Positions 16,558 through 26,768 of a DNA stretch of 64,000 nt are shown piece after piece. The number at the start of each line of letters is the position of its first letter. Position 1 is the stretch's first letter. The position numbers and the translations under genes were made by a program. The stretch lies in the IMG/VR virus record IMGVR_UViG_3300042892_003674, one strand, 5' to 3'. This DNA comes from a virus (lineage: Duplodnaviria > Heunggongvirae > Uroviricota > Caudoviricetes). The notes under the pieces were generated by a model. The model saw nothing but the letters and a program-made list of their open reading frames with translations. It had not been told where the DNA came from and did not search any database.

Positions 16558-17028
16558 ATGAGATACATAAAGAAGTATAACGAAAGTAATTCAGAAGGTT
16601 TAACTGAGGAAGTAATAAAGGATTTCTGTGAGATGAATCTAGCTTATCTAATGGATGATGGTTTAAAGGTTTTGGTTTCACCAGATTATTTTGATTTAAA
16701 GGTTATAGATTATAAGGTGACGTTATCGTTTAGATTATTTGTTAATAAGAGGTGGGGTCAGATAAAGGATCAGGTTATACCATTTTTAACACATTTAAAG
16801 AATGAGTATGATTTAGTAGCAGATTTAGGTAATATGGGGGTTTCTGATTATTCTCAAAAGGTATTTTTAAAGAATAATATAAGGATTGAGATGATTGGTT
16901 CGGTAACTACATATCCTGATTGGTTTAATATAGATGATGTTATATCGGAGAAGATTGTTCCGGCTGGTCGTCTCCAAGACGATTATAAGATTTATACAAT
17001 TCAGTTTAAAATTAAAGGTAAGAAATGA
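16558..17028 (+). CDS. N-leader array paralog 2
   Basis: MRYIKKYNES; DFCEMNLAYLMDDG; WGQIKDQVIPFL. Confidence 0.9.
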   Translation: MRYIKKYNESNSEGLTEEVIKDFCEMNLAYLMDDGLKVLVSPDYFDLKVIDYKVTLSFRLFVNKRWGQIKDQVIPFLTHLKNEYDLVADLGNMGVSDYSQKVFLKNNIRIEMIGSVTTYPDWFNIDDVISEKIVPAGRLQDDYKIYTIQFKIKGKK

Positions 17029-17441
17029 AATACATAAAGACTAGTGAGACATTGAAATCAGAGGCAGATGTTGCTTATCAGAAAAGGATGGAGTTACAGG
17101 AGTTTGCTAATGATTGTTTAGTTTATCTTATAGATGATGAATGGTCGGTATCGGTGTGGGGATTTACTACATCGTTTAAGATTGTTTTGTTATCACCTAG
17201 GTCGGTTAAGAGAAATAGAGTTCATCATGATGATGTTACTTGGTTATCGGTAAAGAATCATGTTATTCCATTTGTTCAGATGTTATCTAATAGGTATCAT
17301 TTGGGTTATGAGGCAAGTTCATCGATTATTAGGATAGAGGCGACTTATTCGGATGATATACATATTAAGGATATAAAACAGTTAGAGGATTTATCGGATG
17401 ATATGTTATTTTATAGTTTTTCGATTGTAGTAAAAAAATAG
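17025..17441 (+). CDS. N-leader array paralog 3
   Basis: MKYIKTSE; FANDCLVYLIDD; WLSVKNHVIPF. Confidence 0.85.
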   Translation: MKYIKTSETLKSEADVAYQKRMELQEFANDCLVYLIDDEWSVSVWGFTTSFKIVLLSPRSVKRNRVHHDDVTWLSVKNHVIPFVQMLSNRYHLGYEASSSIIRIEATYSDDIHIKDIKQLEDLSDDMLFYSFSIVVKK

Positions 17442-17448
17442 GTTAGGT

Positions 17449-17955
17449 ATGAAACATTTGAGAAAGTTTAATGAGAGTATAGATGAGAATGAATTAAGGG
17501 ATTTCTGTGAGATCAATTTAGCTTATTTGTTAGATGATGGTTTTGAGATAATGATTAGTGGTAATAATTTCAGTGGAGATTCTTTTAAAAGTATAAAAAT
17601 AACTAATCCAAGGTCTTTAGATGATCGTCAGGATGGTACGGTAAATTATTTTAAATGGAATGACATTAAAGATCATTTTATACCATTTTTTACACGTTTA
17701 TTAAATCAGTATTCACTTTATGGTAACTTTATAGTGGCGGATGGTATATTGTTTCACTATATTGCACCTATGTATGCTCATGATAGAAGTACTAATTGGT
17801 ATAAATTCTCTGGGTTAAGGACTACAAAGTTGTATAAACCATCTTTAGATAATGTATTAAATGATGAGGTATATGATGATGTAAGTACAATACATAATGG
17901 TAATCATTGTATGAATTACTTATATAGTATTGAATTATTAGTAAAAGAAAAGTAG
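17449..17955 (+). CDS. N-leader array paralog 4
   Basis: MKHLRKFNES; DFCEINLAYLLDDGF. Confidence 0.9.
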   Translation: MKHLRKFNESIDENELRDFCEINLAYLLDDGFEIMISGNNFSGDSFKSIKITNPRSLDDRQDGTVNYFKWNDIKDHFIPFFTRLLNQYSLYGNFIVADGILFHYIAPMYAHDRSTNWYKFSGLRTTKLYKPSLDNVLNDEVYDDVSTIHNGNHCMNYLYSIELLVKEK

Positions 17956-17961
17956 TAAGGT

Positions 17962-18420
17962 ATGAAACATTTAAGAAGGTATAATGAGAGTTTAGATAAA
18001 GATGAGTTAGAGGATTTCGTAGAGAGTTGTTTAGCTTATTTATTGGATGAGGGTTTTAATGTTTTTATTCCTAGATCATCTGGTGATGATTCTGTTGCGA
18101 TTTGGTTAGCTATTTCTAATCAATATTCTACTAATTCAACTTCATTCACTTGGGATCAGATAAAGGATCATTACATACCGTTATTGAAGTTATTATCTAA
18201 TAGGTATGATATAATTGGATTTGGTGAGCCGAGTAGAGATGGTCGTTCTATTGAGATGGATTCGACTGCTCAGATAAGATTTAGATTACAACCGGAATAT
18301 AGTAGTGATGCGTTTAGGGATTTTCCGTTATACAAGGTGATGAATGATACTTTATTTGGTTCTTATTCGTATGAGCCAAGTTTATATTCGGTGGGTATTA
18401 TGATTAAAGAAAAAAGATAG
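17962..18420 (+). CDS. N-leader array paralog 5
   Basis: MKHLRRYNES; CLAYLLDEGF. Confidence 0.9.
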   Translation: MKHLRRYNESLDKDELEDFVESCLAYLLDEGFNVFIPRSSGDDSVAIWLAISNQYSTNSTSFTWDQIKDHYIPLLKLLSNRYDIIGFGEPSRDGRSIEMDSTAQIRFRLQPEYSSDAFRDFPLYKVMNDTLFGSYSYEPSLYSVGIMIKEKR

Positions 18421-18422
18421 GT

Positions 18423-18935
18423 ATGAAACATTTAGTACGAAGTACTCTTTACGGAGGTAAAGTAAGAAGATTCAATGAAGGTTTGTCTTCTAATGAATTT
18501 GATGAGTTAAAAGATTTTAGTGAAAGTTGTTTAGCTTATTTATTGGATGAGGGTTTTGAGCTTGAGTTGGTGGATAGATATGGTCGTGATTCAAATGACC
18601 CTTCGTATGAGATTGACTCGGATTACTTTTGGATTGATCTTTATGGTCCGTTTATTACTCAGCCTGATATGTATGGTGCAGTTCCTAATGATAGAAGTTA
18701 TAGTTGGAATCAGATAAAAGATTATTATATTCCATTTCTTCAGTTATTAAAGGCGAGGTATGTATTAGTAGATGATGAAAGAAGTTATAAAGGAGATGTG
18801 GTTTACTTTAAGATACTAGAAGGCGCAGATGTTGATACGGCATTTAAAGAGTTTAAACTTGACGAGGTTATAGGAGATAAGATTACATTAGATAGTATCT
18901 TTTCAGTATCAATAAAAGTAAGTAGTAAGATATGA
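18423..18935 (+). CDS. N-leader array paralog 6 (10-aa insertion in leader)
   Basis: MKHL[VRSTLYGGKV]RRFNE. Confidence 0.9.
   Translation: MKHLVRSTLYGGKVRRFNEGLSSNEFDELKDFSESCLAYLLDEGFELELVDRYGRDSNDPSYEIDSDYFWIDLYGPFITQPDMYGAVPNDRSYSWNQIKDYYIPFLQLLKARYVLVDDERSYKGDVVYFKILEGADVDTAFKEFKLDEVIGDKITLDSIFSVSIKVSSKI
18433..18464. mobile_element. 28-bp double-hairpin insertion flanked by TA
   Basis: TA-GTACGAAGTACTCTTTACGGAGGTAAAG-TA. Confidence 0.55.
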
Positions 18936-19459
18936 AACATTTGAGAAAGTTTAGTACGAAGTACTCTCTGCTAGAACAGAGTAATGAGAGTTATACTCAG
19001 CAAGATTTAGATGAGTTAAAAGAGTTTTGTGATGATCACTTATCATATTTGATTGATGAGGATTATAAGGTTTCTGTTCAAGATTTTGAGACAAATGCTG
19101 GTAGTGTATTACAGGTTGTTGTTAGACCACCGAAGGTTATGAGAAAGAATAATTGGGCAACAAGATTAAAAACGAATTTAATTGAGGAAGAGTTGGGAAC
19201 ACCTTTTTCACATTTCAAGGATAGGTTGATACCATTTGTTTATATGTTATTGAAGGATTATCGTTTGATAACCAATGAAGAGATGGATAGAATGGAATTA
19301 GGTCATGATGAGGGTGGTATGGGTTTTGCGATGCCTAATCCTAATAGTAACATATTAGATACGAAAATGGTACGTGTTAGTTCTTTAGAACATTTAGAAC
19401 AGGTTGAAGATAATCTAATGGTTTCAACATTTTATATAAGAATAAAAAAGAAAGATTAG
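18932..19459 (+). CDS. N-leader array paralog 7 (10-aa insertion in leader)
   Basis: MKHLRKF[STKYSLLEQS]NES. Confidence 0.9.
   Translation: MKHLRKFSTKYSLLEQSNESYTQQDLDELKEFCDDHLSYLIDEDYKVSVQDFETNAGSVLQVVVRPPKVMRKNNWATRLKTNLIEEELGTPFSHFKDRLIPFVYMLLKDYRLITNEEMDRMELGHDEGGMGFAMPNPNSNILDTKMVRVSSLEHLEQVEDNLMVSTFYIRIKKKD
18952..18983. mobile_element. 28-bp double-hairpin insertion flanked by TA
   Basis: TA-GTACGAAGTACTCTCTGCTAGAACAGAG-TA. Confidence 0.55.
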
Positions 19460-19461
19460 TT

Positions 19462-21162
19462 ATGAGAAAGTTTTTATTAACTATATTATTAATGTTAGCT
19501 ACAATTGCCGTTACAGCTCAAAGTGTTACCGCTCCTCCAGCAACATCATATAATCAAAATACTTCAAATCAAAGTGCTACGGGATTTTCGGTATCAGGAT
19601 TTGTACCGACATCTACTTTATTAGTTACTGTTGGGTTAGTTAATCCTCCGTCAGGTACTACTTTAAGATTTTCGACGACATCAGGAGTAACTGCGAGCAC
19701 AGGATATGCAATGACATCTAATTTTACTAGAATTAGTTTTACAGGCCTTCAAGCAAATGTAAATACAGTTCTAGCATCACTTTTAGTAAACACAGGTTCA
19801 ACACCTGGGAATTTATATATAGCAGTTACTGCAACAGAAAATCCGGCAGGTTATTTTTATTTACCGACAAATGGTCACTTTTATCGACCAATCGCCGCGG
19901 GAGCAACTTATACCAATGCAAGAGCTGCTGCATTGAATACGACATTTAGAGGTCAGCAGGGATATTTAGTAACTATCACTTCTGCTGATGAAGATTTGTT
20001 TATCTTTAACAACGTTCCTCAATCTCAAATATGGTTTGCATTAACAGATGAAGGAGTAGAAGGACAGTGGAGAATTGATGCTGGTCCAGAAGCCGGTACA
20101 TTAATCAAGACATCTAATGGTCAGACAGCAGGTAACATTGCAGGTCAGTATAATAATTGGGCAGGTGGAGAACCTAATAACTCTGGTAATGAAGATTATG
20201 CAGTAACAAAGTGGAATGGTTCTCAATGGAATGACTTACCTAACAGTTTTTCATGTCCTTATGTAATTGAATATGGTACATGGTCTGATCCTGCAAATCA
20301 AACTTTTACAAATTTCTATACAGGATTCGTAACTCATCAAATAGCGTGTAGTCCTGCAACCTCACCAACAACTCCTAACGGAGTTAATGGCTCTAGATCA
20401 TTAGCAGGAACAGTTTCTTTATCAGCAACGACAGCAGCGGGTACGACTGTAGATTGGTATGCTAATGCAACAGGTGGTAATGTACTTTCTGGAGGTTCTG
20501 GAACTTTATCATTTACGACTCCTAGTATTTCAGAAACTAAAACATATTACGCTCAAGCTAGGAATTCAACGACAGGATGTGTTAGTTCATCAAGAACTGC
20601 TGTGGTGGCTACTGTAAATTACCCAACACCATTTACATACTCAGGCACTATTAATAGTTCTTTAGGAGCTGGAGTACCAAATATTGCAGTTAAGGTTTAC
20701 TATAAAACAAAGGCAGGATCTACATATACATTGTTACAAACATATACGACAGATAATTTTGGTATATTTTCAATTTCAACTTCGCTAGATATTTCAAGTT
20801 ATGACTTTCAAATAGTTATTGATAGCATACCTATTACATCTCCTTCTGTATCCGATGCATTAATATTTAATCAAAAGGTATTATTTCAAACGTTTGATGC
20901 AAAGGATTATTATAGAATGAATACCAATGGTAATTCTAATTTAACAGTCGCTGATATATTTTTAATCTATAGAAGAATTAATGGTACTTCATTTTCAGTA
21001 CCAGTATATAGATTATTTACACAAACCGAATGGAGTATTATTAATGCATCGACTGCAAATTTAACAGCCTCATATACAGGCACACAAACTATAACTTTAA
21101 CTAACCCAACAGCAGGTGGTAATTCAACATTCTACCTAATTAAAACAGGATTCGCTAACTAA
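19462..21162 (+). CDS. Secreted C-type lectin / Ig-like domain protein
   Basis: Signal peptide; GHFY..YLVTITSADE..WAGGEPNN..WND..YVIEY; VDWY..TPSISETKTYY Ig-like; dockerin-like NTNGNSNLTVAD. Confidence 0.85.
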   Translation: MRKFLLTILLMLATIAVTAQSVTAPPATSYNQNTSNQSATGFSVSGFVPTSTLLVTVGLVNPPSGTTLRFSTTSGVTASTGYAMTSNFTRISFTGLQANVNTVLASLLVNTGSTPGNLYIAVTATENPAGYFYLPTNGHFYRPIAAGATYTNARAAALNTTFRGQQGYLVTITSADEDLFIFNNVPQSQIWFALTDEGVEGQWRIDAGPEAGTLIKTSNGQTAGNIAGQYNNWAGGEPNNSGNEDYAVTKWNGSQWNDLPNSFSCPYVIEYGTWSDPANQTFTNFYTGFVTHQIACSPATSPTTPNGVNGSRSLAGTVSLSATTAAGTTVDWYANATGGNVLSGGSGTLSFTTPSISETKTYYAQARNSTTGCVSSSRTAVVATVNYPTPFTYSGTINSSLGAGVPNIAVKVYYKTKAGSTYTLLQTYTTDNFGIFSISTSLDISSYDFQIVIDSIPITSPSVSDALIFNQKVLFQTFDAKDYYRMNTNGNSNLTVADIFLIYRRINGTSFSVPVYRLFTQTEWSIINASTANLTASYTGTQTITLTNPTAGGNSTFYLIKTGFAN

Positions 21163-21246
21163 AAATTTACTATTTTTACTGTTAAGTTGAAGATGGTTTA
21201 ATGTTTTCTACGTTTTATATATAAGAGTTAAAAGAAAGATTAGTTT

Positions 21247-21702
21247 ATGAAACATTTAAGAAAGTTCAATGAGGGGTTAAAAGAAGAGTTACAGGATTTC
21301 TGTGAGACTTACCTAGCTTATTTGATTGATGAGGGGTTTAAAGTAAGGATTTCAAAGTTTGAAGGAGATGACTTTCATCAGATAATGTTGGGTTATGCAA
21401 CAGACGGTTCGGGATATGGTAATAATAATCGTTTATGGTCAGAGATGAAGGATCAGGTTTTGCCGTTCTTACATTTTTTATTTAAGGATTACGAATTGTA
21501 TTGGGATAACGGTGTAGAAGCACCGATGGGTATTATTTATCATTTAATGGGTGGTTCTGGTACATCTGGTTCTCTTAGACAAAGTAGTCTAACATTGAAG
21601 CAGATAAATGATTTACCTGATGATACTGAGATAGCTACTTTATTTATTAGGGTTATTAAAAAGGAAGAAAAGGTTGAAAAAGCTTGGTTTAGAAAATTTT
21701 AA
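21247..21702 (+). CDS. N-leader array paralog 8
   Basis: MKHLRKFNEG; DFCETYLAYLIDEGF. Confidence 0.9.
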   Translation: MKHLRKFNEGLKEELQDFCETYLAYLIDEGFKVRISKFEGDDFHQIMLGYATDGSGYGNNNRLWSEMKDQVLPFLHFLFKDYELYWDNGVEAPMGIIYHLMGGSGTSGSLRQSSLTLKQINDLPDDTEIATLFIRVIKKEEKVEKAWFRKF

Positions 21703-21716
21703 ATAATATATACATT

Positions 21717-22163
21717 ATGAAGTATTTAAGAAGTATTTTTGAAGAGGTCAATCAAAATGAGTATGAAGAGTTAAAAGATTTCTGTGAGATGTATTTAGCT
21801 TACTTATTAGATGATGGTGATTGGCGAATAGACATTTCTATGAGAACTCAGGTTTATCCACATACTGGTTTTTATGACGTTATGATTTGGAGAAGATATG
21901 AGACGAATGCAGATGGATCACATAGTTATCCTAATTGTACTTGGGATGATGTATCTGATTATTTTATACCATTTTTCAAAGTTTTGATAGATAATTATGA
22001 GTTAGTGCCTAGTGTTTCTCGTAGTATGAAAACGGGAGAGCTTGTTGATAATTTAGTGGAGTTTTCAGGGGCAAATGTACCAAAGGAAAAGATATTAGGT
22101 AATTTGATACCGGGTAATCAACCAGCTAGAAAAATAAGTTTTAAAGTAAAACGTAAGATATGA
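21717..22163 (+). CDS. N-leader array paralog 9
   Basis: MKYLRSIFEE; TAATATATA at 21704. Confidence 0.9.
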   Translation: MKYLRSIFEEVNQNEYEELKDFCEMYLAYLLDDGDWRIDISMRTQVYPHTGFYDVMIWRRYETNADGSHSYPNCTWDDVSDYFIPFFKVLIDNYELVPSVSRSMKTGELVDNLVEFSGANVPKEKILGNLIPGNQPARKISFKVKRKI

Positions 22164-22612
22164 GGTATTTAAAGAAGATTTTCGAGAACGATTTATATAA
22201 ACAGGTTGATTCGGATGAGTTAAAAGATTTCTGTGAGACTTACTTAGCTTATTTATTGGACGATACTAGTTTTAAGATAGAGGTTATTGATACAGAAAAG
22301 TGGGATTCATATACTATCTGGTTGGGTAAGACTTTAGTAGATCGTCGTATTCAGACTTTTAGTTGGGATGACATTAAAGATTATTATATTCCATTTGTTA
22401 CGATTTTATCAAGAGAATATGATTTGAATGATATAGATTTAGATCAGAGAAGTTCGAGTATTATTATCAATTTTATGTCTGGTAATCAATTATTTGTTAC
22501 TGCGTCTGGTATTGAAGATTGGGATGGTAGACTTACAAAAAGACCAGATTTTTATAACGGTAATGGTATCAAAGAGATTGGTATTGTAGTAAAAAATACT
22601 ATAAAGATATGA
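22160..22612 (+). CDS. N-leader array paralog 10
   Basis: MRYLKKIFEN; WDDIKDYYIPF. Confidence 0.9.
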   Translation: MRYLKKIFENDLYKQVDSDELKDFCETYLAYLLDDTSFKIEVIDTEKWDSYTIWLGKTLVDRRIQTFSWDDIKDYYIPFVTILSREYDLNDIDLDQRSSSIIINFMSGNQLFVTASGIEDWDGRLTKRPDFYNGNGIKEIGIVVKNTIKI

Positions 22613-23067
22613 GGTATTTAAAAACATTTGAGTCTATTGATTTAGAGAAAGATTTAAGAGATTTTTGTGAGACTTATCTAGCTTATTTGTTAGATGGTGA
22701 TTTTGAATTATCTGTTATTTGGCAGGGTCATAATCCTTTTCTGGTCCCATATAACCGTTATAATATAAATCTAGTTAAGTTAAATGATTATGGAGCTACT
22801 GGATTTACTTGGAATGAGGTTAAAGATTACTATATTCCTTTTTTACATATGTTGAATAAAGATTATGAGATAATGGATGAAGGTGAAGCAAGTAGAAACG
22901 CGGGGCAGTGGGATGTTCCTTGTATTTGTTTATATAATGGTAGTCAAAACTTTTGTGTTTCGGTTAAGGATATTTTATCTGGTGAGCCTTTACCTGGTAG
23001 ATATGATGATAGACCTTTATTAGAGATTACACTTCAGGTTGCGTTCAAAAATAAATTGGTAGAATGA
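22609..23067 (+). CDS. N-leader array paralog 11
   Basis: MRYLKTFES; WNEVKDYYIPFL. Confidence 0.9.
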   Translation: MRYLKTFESIDLEKDLRDFCETYLAYLLDGDFELSVIWQGHNPFLVPYNRYNINLVKLNDYGATGFTWNEVKDYYIPFLHMLNKDYEIMDEGEASRNAGQWDVPCICLYNGSQNFCVSVKDILSGEPLPGRYDDRPLLEITLQVAFKNKLVE

Positions 23068-23945
23068 GATATTTAAAAAGATTTAATGAGTCAGTTGATT
23101 TAAAATCACAACTACGTGATTTTAGTGAGTCTTATCTAGTTTATTTGTTAGATGATGGTTATACGGTAAATATTACACAAGCAAGTGATCATTCAGGTGG
23201 TGGTGGTTTGCCACCAAATGCATTTTTGATAAAATTGAGTAATGACATTGATTTTACTTGGTTAGATGTTAAAGAGTCATATATTCCATTTTTACATATG
23301 TTAAATAGAGACTACAATATAGTAGATCAGTCTATAATGATTTATGATTATAATGATGATACTGAGTTTGGTATTGAAACAATTTTATCTGGTAATCCTT
23401 TACCATTTGATAATAAAAGTTTAATAGAGATTTTAGTTTGGGTCACTTTTGATAAACCTATTAAAGAGTCTGTTGAATTGAAGACAGATGATGTAGAACA
23501 TTATTTGGTTGAGTTATTGGATTCTGGATTTGATGATGTCAGGGTTACTAAAAGTGCTGATAGATATAAGGATGTTGAACCAATGACTGCAATTTCTATG
23601 GAGAGAAAGCTTACTACTGATGAGTGGCAATCTATTTTAAGAACTGGTATTATATATGAGAATGTGATAATTGGTGTGAGATCTGAACCGATGAGAGTAT
23701 TTACTTCTAGTCAATTTAAGAAGCCAGTTCCTTTATCTATTTTTAAATCTGATATATTGAATCAGGTTGAGTTTTTCGCACAGGATGCTGCAGATAAGAT
23801 TTTATTGAGTTTATCTGATAAGTTTGTTAGTAAGAAGATTGTGATGTCTTTTAAGGCAGGTGCAGGTCAGGTTCAACGATATAATTTTGGTGACATTTCG
23901 ATTAGATTACAGATTATTTTAACAGAAAAGGAAGATACAAAATGA
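23064..23945 (+). CDS. N-leader array paralog 12, two domains joined at IKE-S
   Basis: Second YLVELLDSGF motif after KPIKESV. Confidence 0.9.
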   Translation: MRYLKRFNESVDLKSQLRDFSESYLVYLLDDGYTVNITQASDHSGGGGLPPNAFLIKLSNDIDFTWLDVKESYIPFLHMLNRDYNIVDQSIMIYDYNDDTEFGIETILSGNPLPFDNKSLIEILVWVTFDKPIKESVELKTDDVEHYLVELLDSGFDDVRVTKSADRYKDVEPMTAISMERKLTTDEWQSILRTGIIYENVIIGVRSEPMRVFTSSQFKKPVPLSIFKSDILNQVEFFAQDAADKILLSLSDKFVSKKIVMSFKAGAGQVQRYNFGDISIRLQIILTEKEDTK

Positions 23946-24370
23946 AATATTTAAAGAGGATTTTTGAGAATTTAGATAAGGATGAGTTACAAGATTTCTG
24001 TGAGATGAACTTAGCTTATTTATTGGATAATGAAGATTTTAGGATAGACATTGAATACTTTGATGACTTGATAGGTCAGTATTTGGTTGTTATTAAATTG
24101 GTTAAAATGGTTGAGCTTAGTGCTGGTGGAAGAATGACGACGATGTATCAGTGGCAAGAGGTTAAAGATTATATTGTACCGTTTATTGTACAATTGAATA
24201 AGAGTTATAGTTTGAATACAACTTGGAATGATAATAAAGGTTCGATTACTATTCGTCAGGAACAAGAGTGGAGAAACTTTTCTTATGAGAAGTTTATGAG
24301 GGTTGTTGATAATTGGTATGAAGATGATGATGAGATAAGATATATTGAAATAATATTAGATAATAAATGA
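23942..24370 (+). CDS. N-leader array paralog 13
   Basis: MKYLKRIFEN. Confidence 0.9.
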   Translation: MKYLKRIFENLDKDELQDFCEMNLAYLLDNEDFRIDIEYFDDLIGQYLVVIKLVKMVELSAGGRMTTMYQWQEVKDYIVPFIVQLNKSYSLNTTWNDNKGSITIRQEQEWRNFSYEKFMRVVDNWYEDDDEIRYIEIILDNK

Positions 24371-24840
24371 AACACTTAAAAAAATACAATGAAGCGGTTG
24401 GTGGTGTGAATGGAGTTAATGATTTCTGTGAGGGTTACTTAGCAAATATTTTAGATGATGATTCTTATCAGTTTAATGTAACAGAGCAAATGTCTGGCCA
24501 TAGGGTATCACCATCGTATTATTTTAGTTTATACAAAGTAGGTAATGGTGCATATGATATAATTCAGTGGGATGAGATTAAGGATCAGATTATACCATTT
24601 TTACATATGTTGATAAGAGAGTATAGTATTGAACCTATGAGACTTATAGATCAATCGAAGCTAACCTATCAAACAAAAAACGTTTATATAGATGATAATC
24701 CTAGAAACAGAACGATTCAGTTTAACAGGTATTTACCGGATACTTATAGTTCTGATCTTTATTATATGGATGTGAGGAATGTTATAAAGGACGAGGATGT
24801 TCCTGAAAAATTCTATCGAATACAATTACAATTTTACTAA
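24367..24840 (+). CDS. N-leader array paralog 14
   Basis: MKHLKKYNEA. Confidence 0.9.
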   Translation: MKHLKKYNEAVGGVNGVNDFCEGYLANILDDDSYQFNVTEQMSGHRVSPSYYFSLYKVGNGAYDIIQWDEIKDQIIPFLHMLIREYSIEPMRLIDQSKLTYQTKNVYIDDNPRNRTIQFNRYLPDTYSSDLYYMDVRNVIKDEDVPEKFYRIQLQFY

Positions 24841-24856
24841 TATAATATATAGTTCT

Positions 24857-25324
24857 ATGAAATACTTAAAACCATTTAACGAAGCCGTAACACAAGACGA
24901 CATTGAATTATGTTGTGTTGATTTATTTGATGATGGATTTGAATTAAATGGTTATAATAAGACTGGTAAAACAATAATTCAGTTAGTGAAGAATATTACT
25001 TCTTCATTACCAGACGATCAATCTAATATAGTTGTAGTTGATGAACATTCAAAGAATTATAGACAAGGTACAATAACTATATCAGGTAGAAATTTTGATC
25101 ACGTTATTGCAAAAGAAAGATCTAGTGATCTACCATTTACTGAGAATGAGAATAAACTTATAAGTCAAGTTAGTGATGCTGCAAATCTATTGAGACATTA
25201 TAGTAGTACTAATGGTGGGACTGATCGTGTTGTTATTACTATAACAAGTAGAGGAATACAGAATCCTATGAACTTTGAATATGAAAGATACTTAACACAA
25301 ATAAATATATTATTCTATATATGA
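24857..25324 (+). CDS. N-leader array paralog 15 (LCCVDL subfamily)
   Basis: Start moved to MKYLKPFNEA; TAATATATA at 24843. Confidence 0.9.
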   Translation: MKYLKPFNEAVTQDDIELCCVDLFDDGFELNGYNKTGKTIIQLVKNITSSLPDDQSNIVVVDEHSKNYRQGTITISGRNFDHVIAKERSSDLPFTENENKLISQVSDAANLLRHYSSTNGGTDRVVITITSRGIQNPMNFEYERYLTQINILFYI

Positions 25325-25830
25325 GATACTTAAAAGGGTTTAATGAAGCTATTGAACAAGACAACATTGATTTATGTTGTGTTGATTTATATGATGATGG
25401 ATTTCAGTTACTAGGTTATAACAAGACTGGTAATACCTTGATTTCATTACAGAAGAAAATAGTTAGTCAATTAGATCAGTGGGATGGTCACACAGGAACA
25501 GATACTAGAGCAGGAGTTATGTGGGATGAACATTTAAGTAAGTATCAACCGGGAACTATTACTATTACTGGTGATAATTTTGATAAGGTTGAAACTAGTT
25601 TTAGACAAACTTGTGGTTGGGATAGAACTAGACCATTACCATTTACTGATGATGAGAATAAACTTATAAATCAAGTTACTGATGCGGCTAGTATATTGAC
25701 ACATTATAGTGATACTGAGGTAAAAAGAAAAAGAGTTGAAATACAAATTTCTAGTAGAGGTTTACAAAATCCTATGAACTTTGAATATGATAAATACTTA
25801 ACAATATTAAAGGTAACATTCTTCTTATGA
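25321..25830 (+). CDS. N-leader array paralog 16 (close duplicate of 15)
   Basis: LCCVDL, GYNKTG, LPFT..ENKLI, QNPMNFEY shared. Confidence 0.9.
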   Translation: MRYLKGFNEAIEQDNIDLCCVDLYDDGFQLLGYNKTGNTLISLQKKIVSQLDQWDGHTGTDTRAGVMWDEHLSKYQPGTITITGDNFDKVETSFRQTCGWDRTRPLPFTDDENKLINQVTDAASILTHYSDTEVKRKRVEIQISSRGLQNPMNFEYDKYLTILKVTFFL

Positions 25831-26768
25831 GATACTTAAAGAGATTTAATGAGGCAATTGAACCAGATGAGATAAAAGACTTCTGTGAGCAGTATCTAGC
25901 TTATTTGTTAGATGATGGTTATGCTTTAGCTTTTAGAGAATCTGGTAGAATAACTCAAGTAGACTTTGTTAAACCAAAGGAAAATCCTTTACACGGTAGA
26001 TGGAGTCCTGGTTTTGGTGGACCGGTTGATTGGATGGATTGGGATCATATAAAAGATAGTTTTATTCCTTTTTTAAAGATGTTAGATAAGGAGTATGATG
26101 TTAAGGATAATCTTATAACTTTTCAATGTCCTAGCGCGATACAAATTCAAATATCTTTTCAGGATGTTATTGATGATAAAGTAAAAGATATACTTCATGA
26201 CAAACTTACATTAGATGCTAGAGATAGAATTAGTTCTGTTAGAATAAATGTTATCGATCATAGTGTTAAGGATTATGCTTGGCAGGTTAAAGAAGCTAAA
26301 GAAGATTGGAGAAGAAACTTCAGTGATGATGAGTTACAAGAAGTTTGTGATACATTTTTACCTTATCTTTATGATGAGGGTTTTGTTGTACACACCACGG
26401 TGCCTACTTATTTTATGTTTAAGAAAAACATTATTACACTTTGGAAAGAACAAGAAAAAGGTGATGGTCGAGGATTAGAGACTCTTCCATTTTATTGGCA
26501 TGAGATAAAAGATAGATTTCTACCACTTTTTGATTATTTGAATAAGAATTATCCGTTGGGTAAGGTTAGATTGGTTCATTATTATAATTCTTGGGAAAGA
26601 AAAGAGAACAAGAAAGAAGTGGTTTTTAAATCGGATAATGATAAAGAATCTTGGAGTGGACTTCCATTTAGTAAGTTTGAGGAGATTATGTCGAGAGATG
26701 CCGCTTATAGAAGACCAATGAAGATTGGTGAGATAATAATAGAAGTACAAAATTTAGATGAGTTATGA
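25827..26768 (+). CDS. N-leader array paralog 17, two domains joined at VKE-A
   Basis: Second VCDTFLPYLYDEGF and WHEIKDRFLPL. Confidence 0.9.
   Translation: MRYLKRFNEAIEPDEIKDFCEQYLAYLLDDGYALAFRESGRITQVDFVKPKENPLHGRWSPGFGGPVDWMDWDHIKDSFIPFLKMLDKEYDVKDNLITFQCPSAIQIQISFQDVIDDKVKDILHDKLTLDARDRISSVRINVIDHSVKDYAWQVKEAKEDWRRNFSDDELQEVCDTFLPYLYDEGFVVHTTVPTYFMFKKNIITLWKEQEKGDGRGLETLPFYWHEIKDRFLPLFDYLNKNYPLGKVRLVHYYNSWERKENKKEVVFKSDNDKESWSGLPFSKFEEIMSRDAAYRRPMKIGEIIIEVQNLDEL

Noticed and set aside
16298-16681. 127-aa minus-strand ORF across the GC-rich island
   Set aside because: Antisense to two clear array genes; openness explained by strand skew
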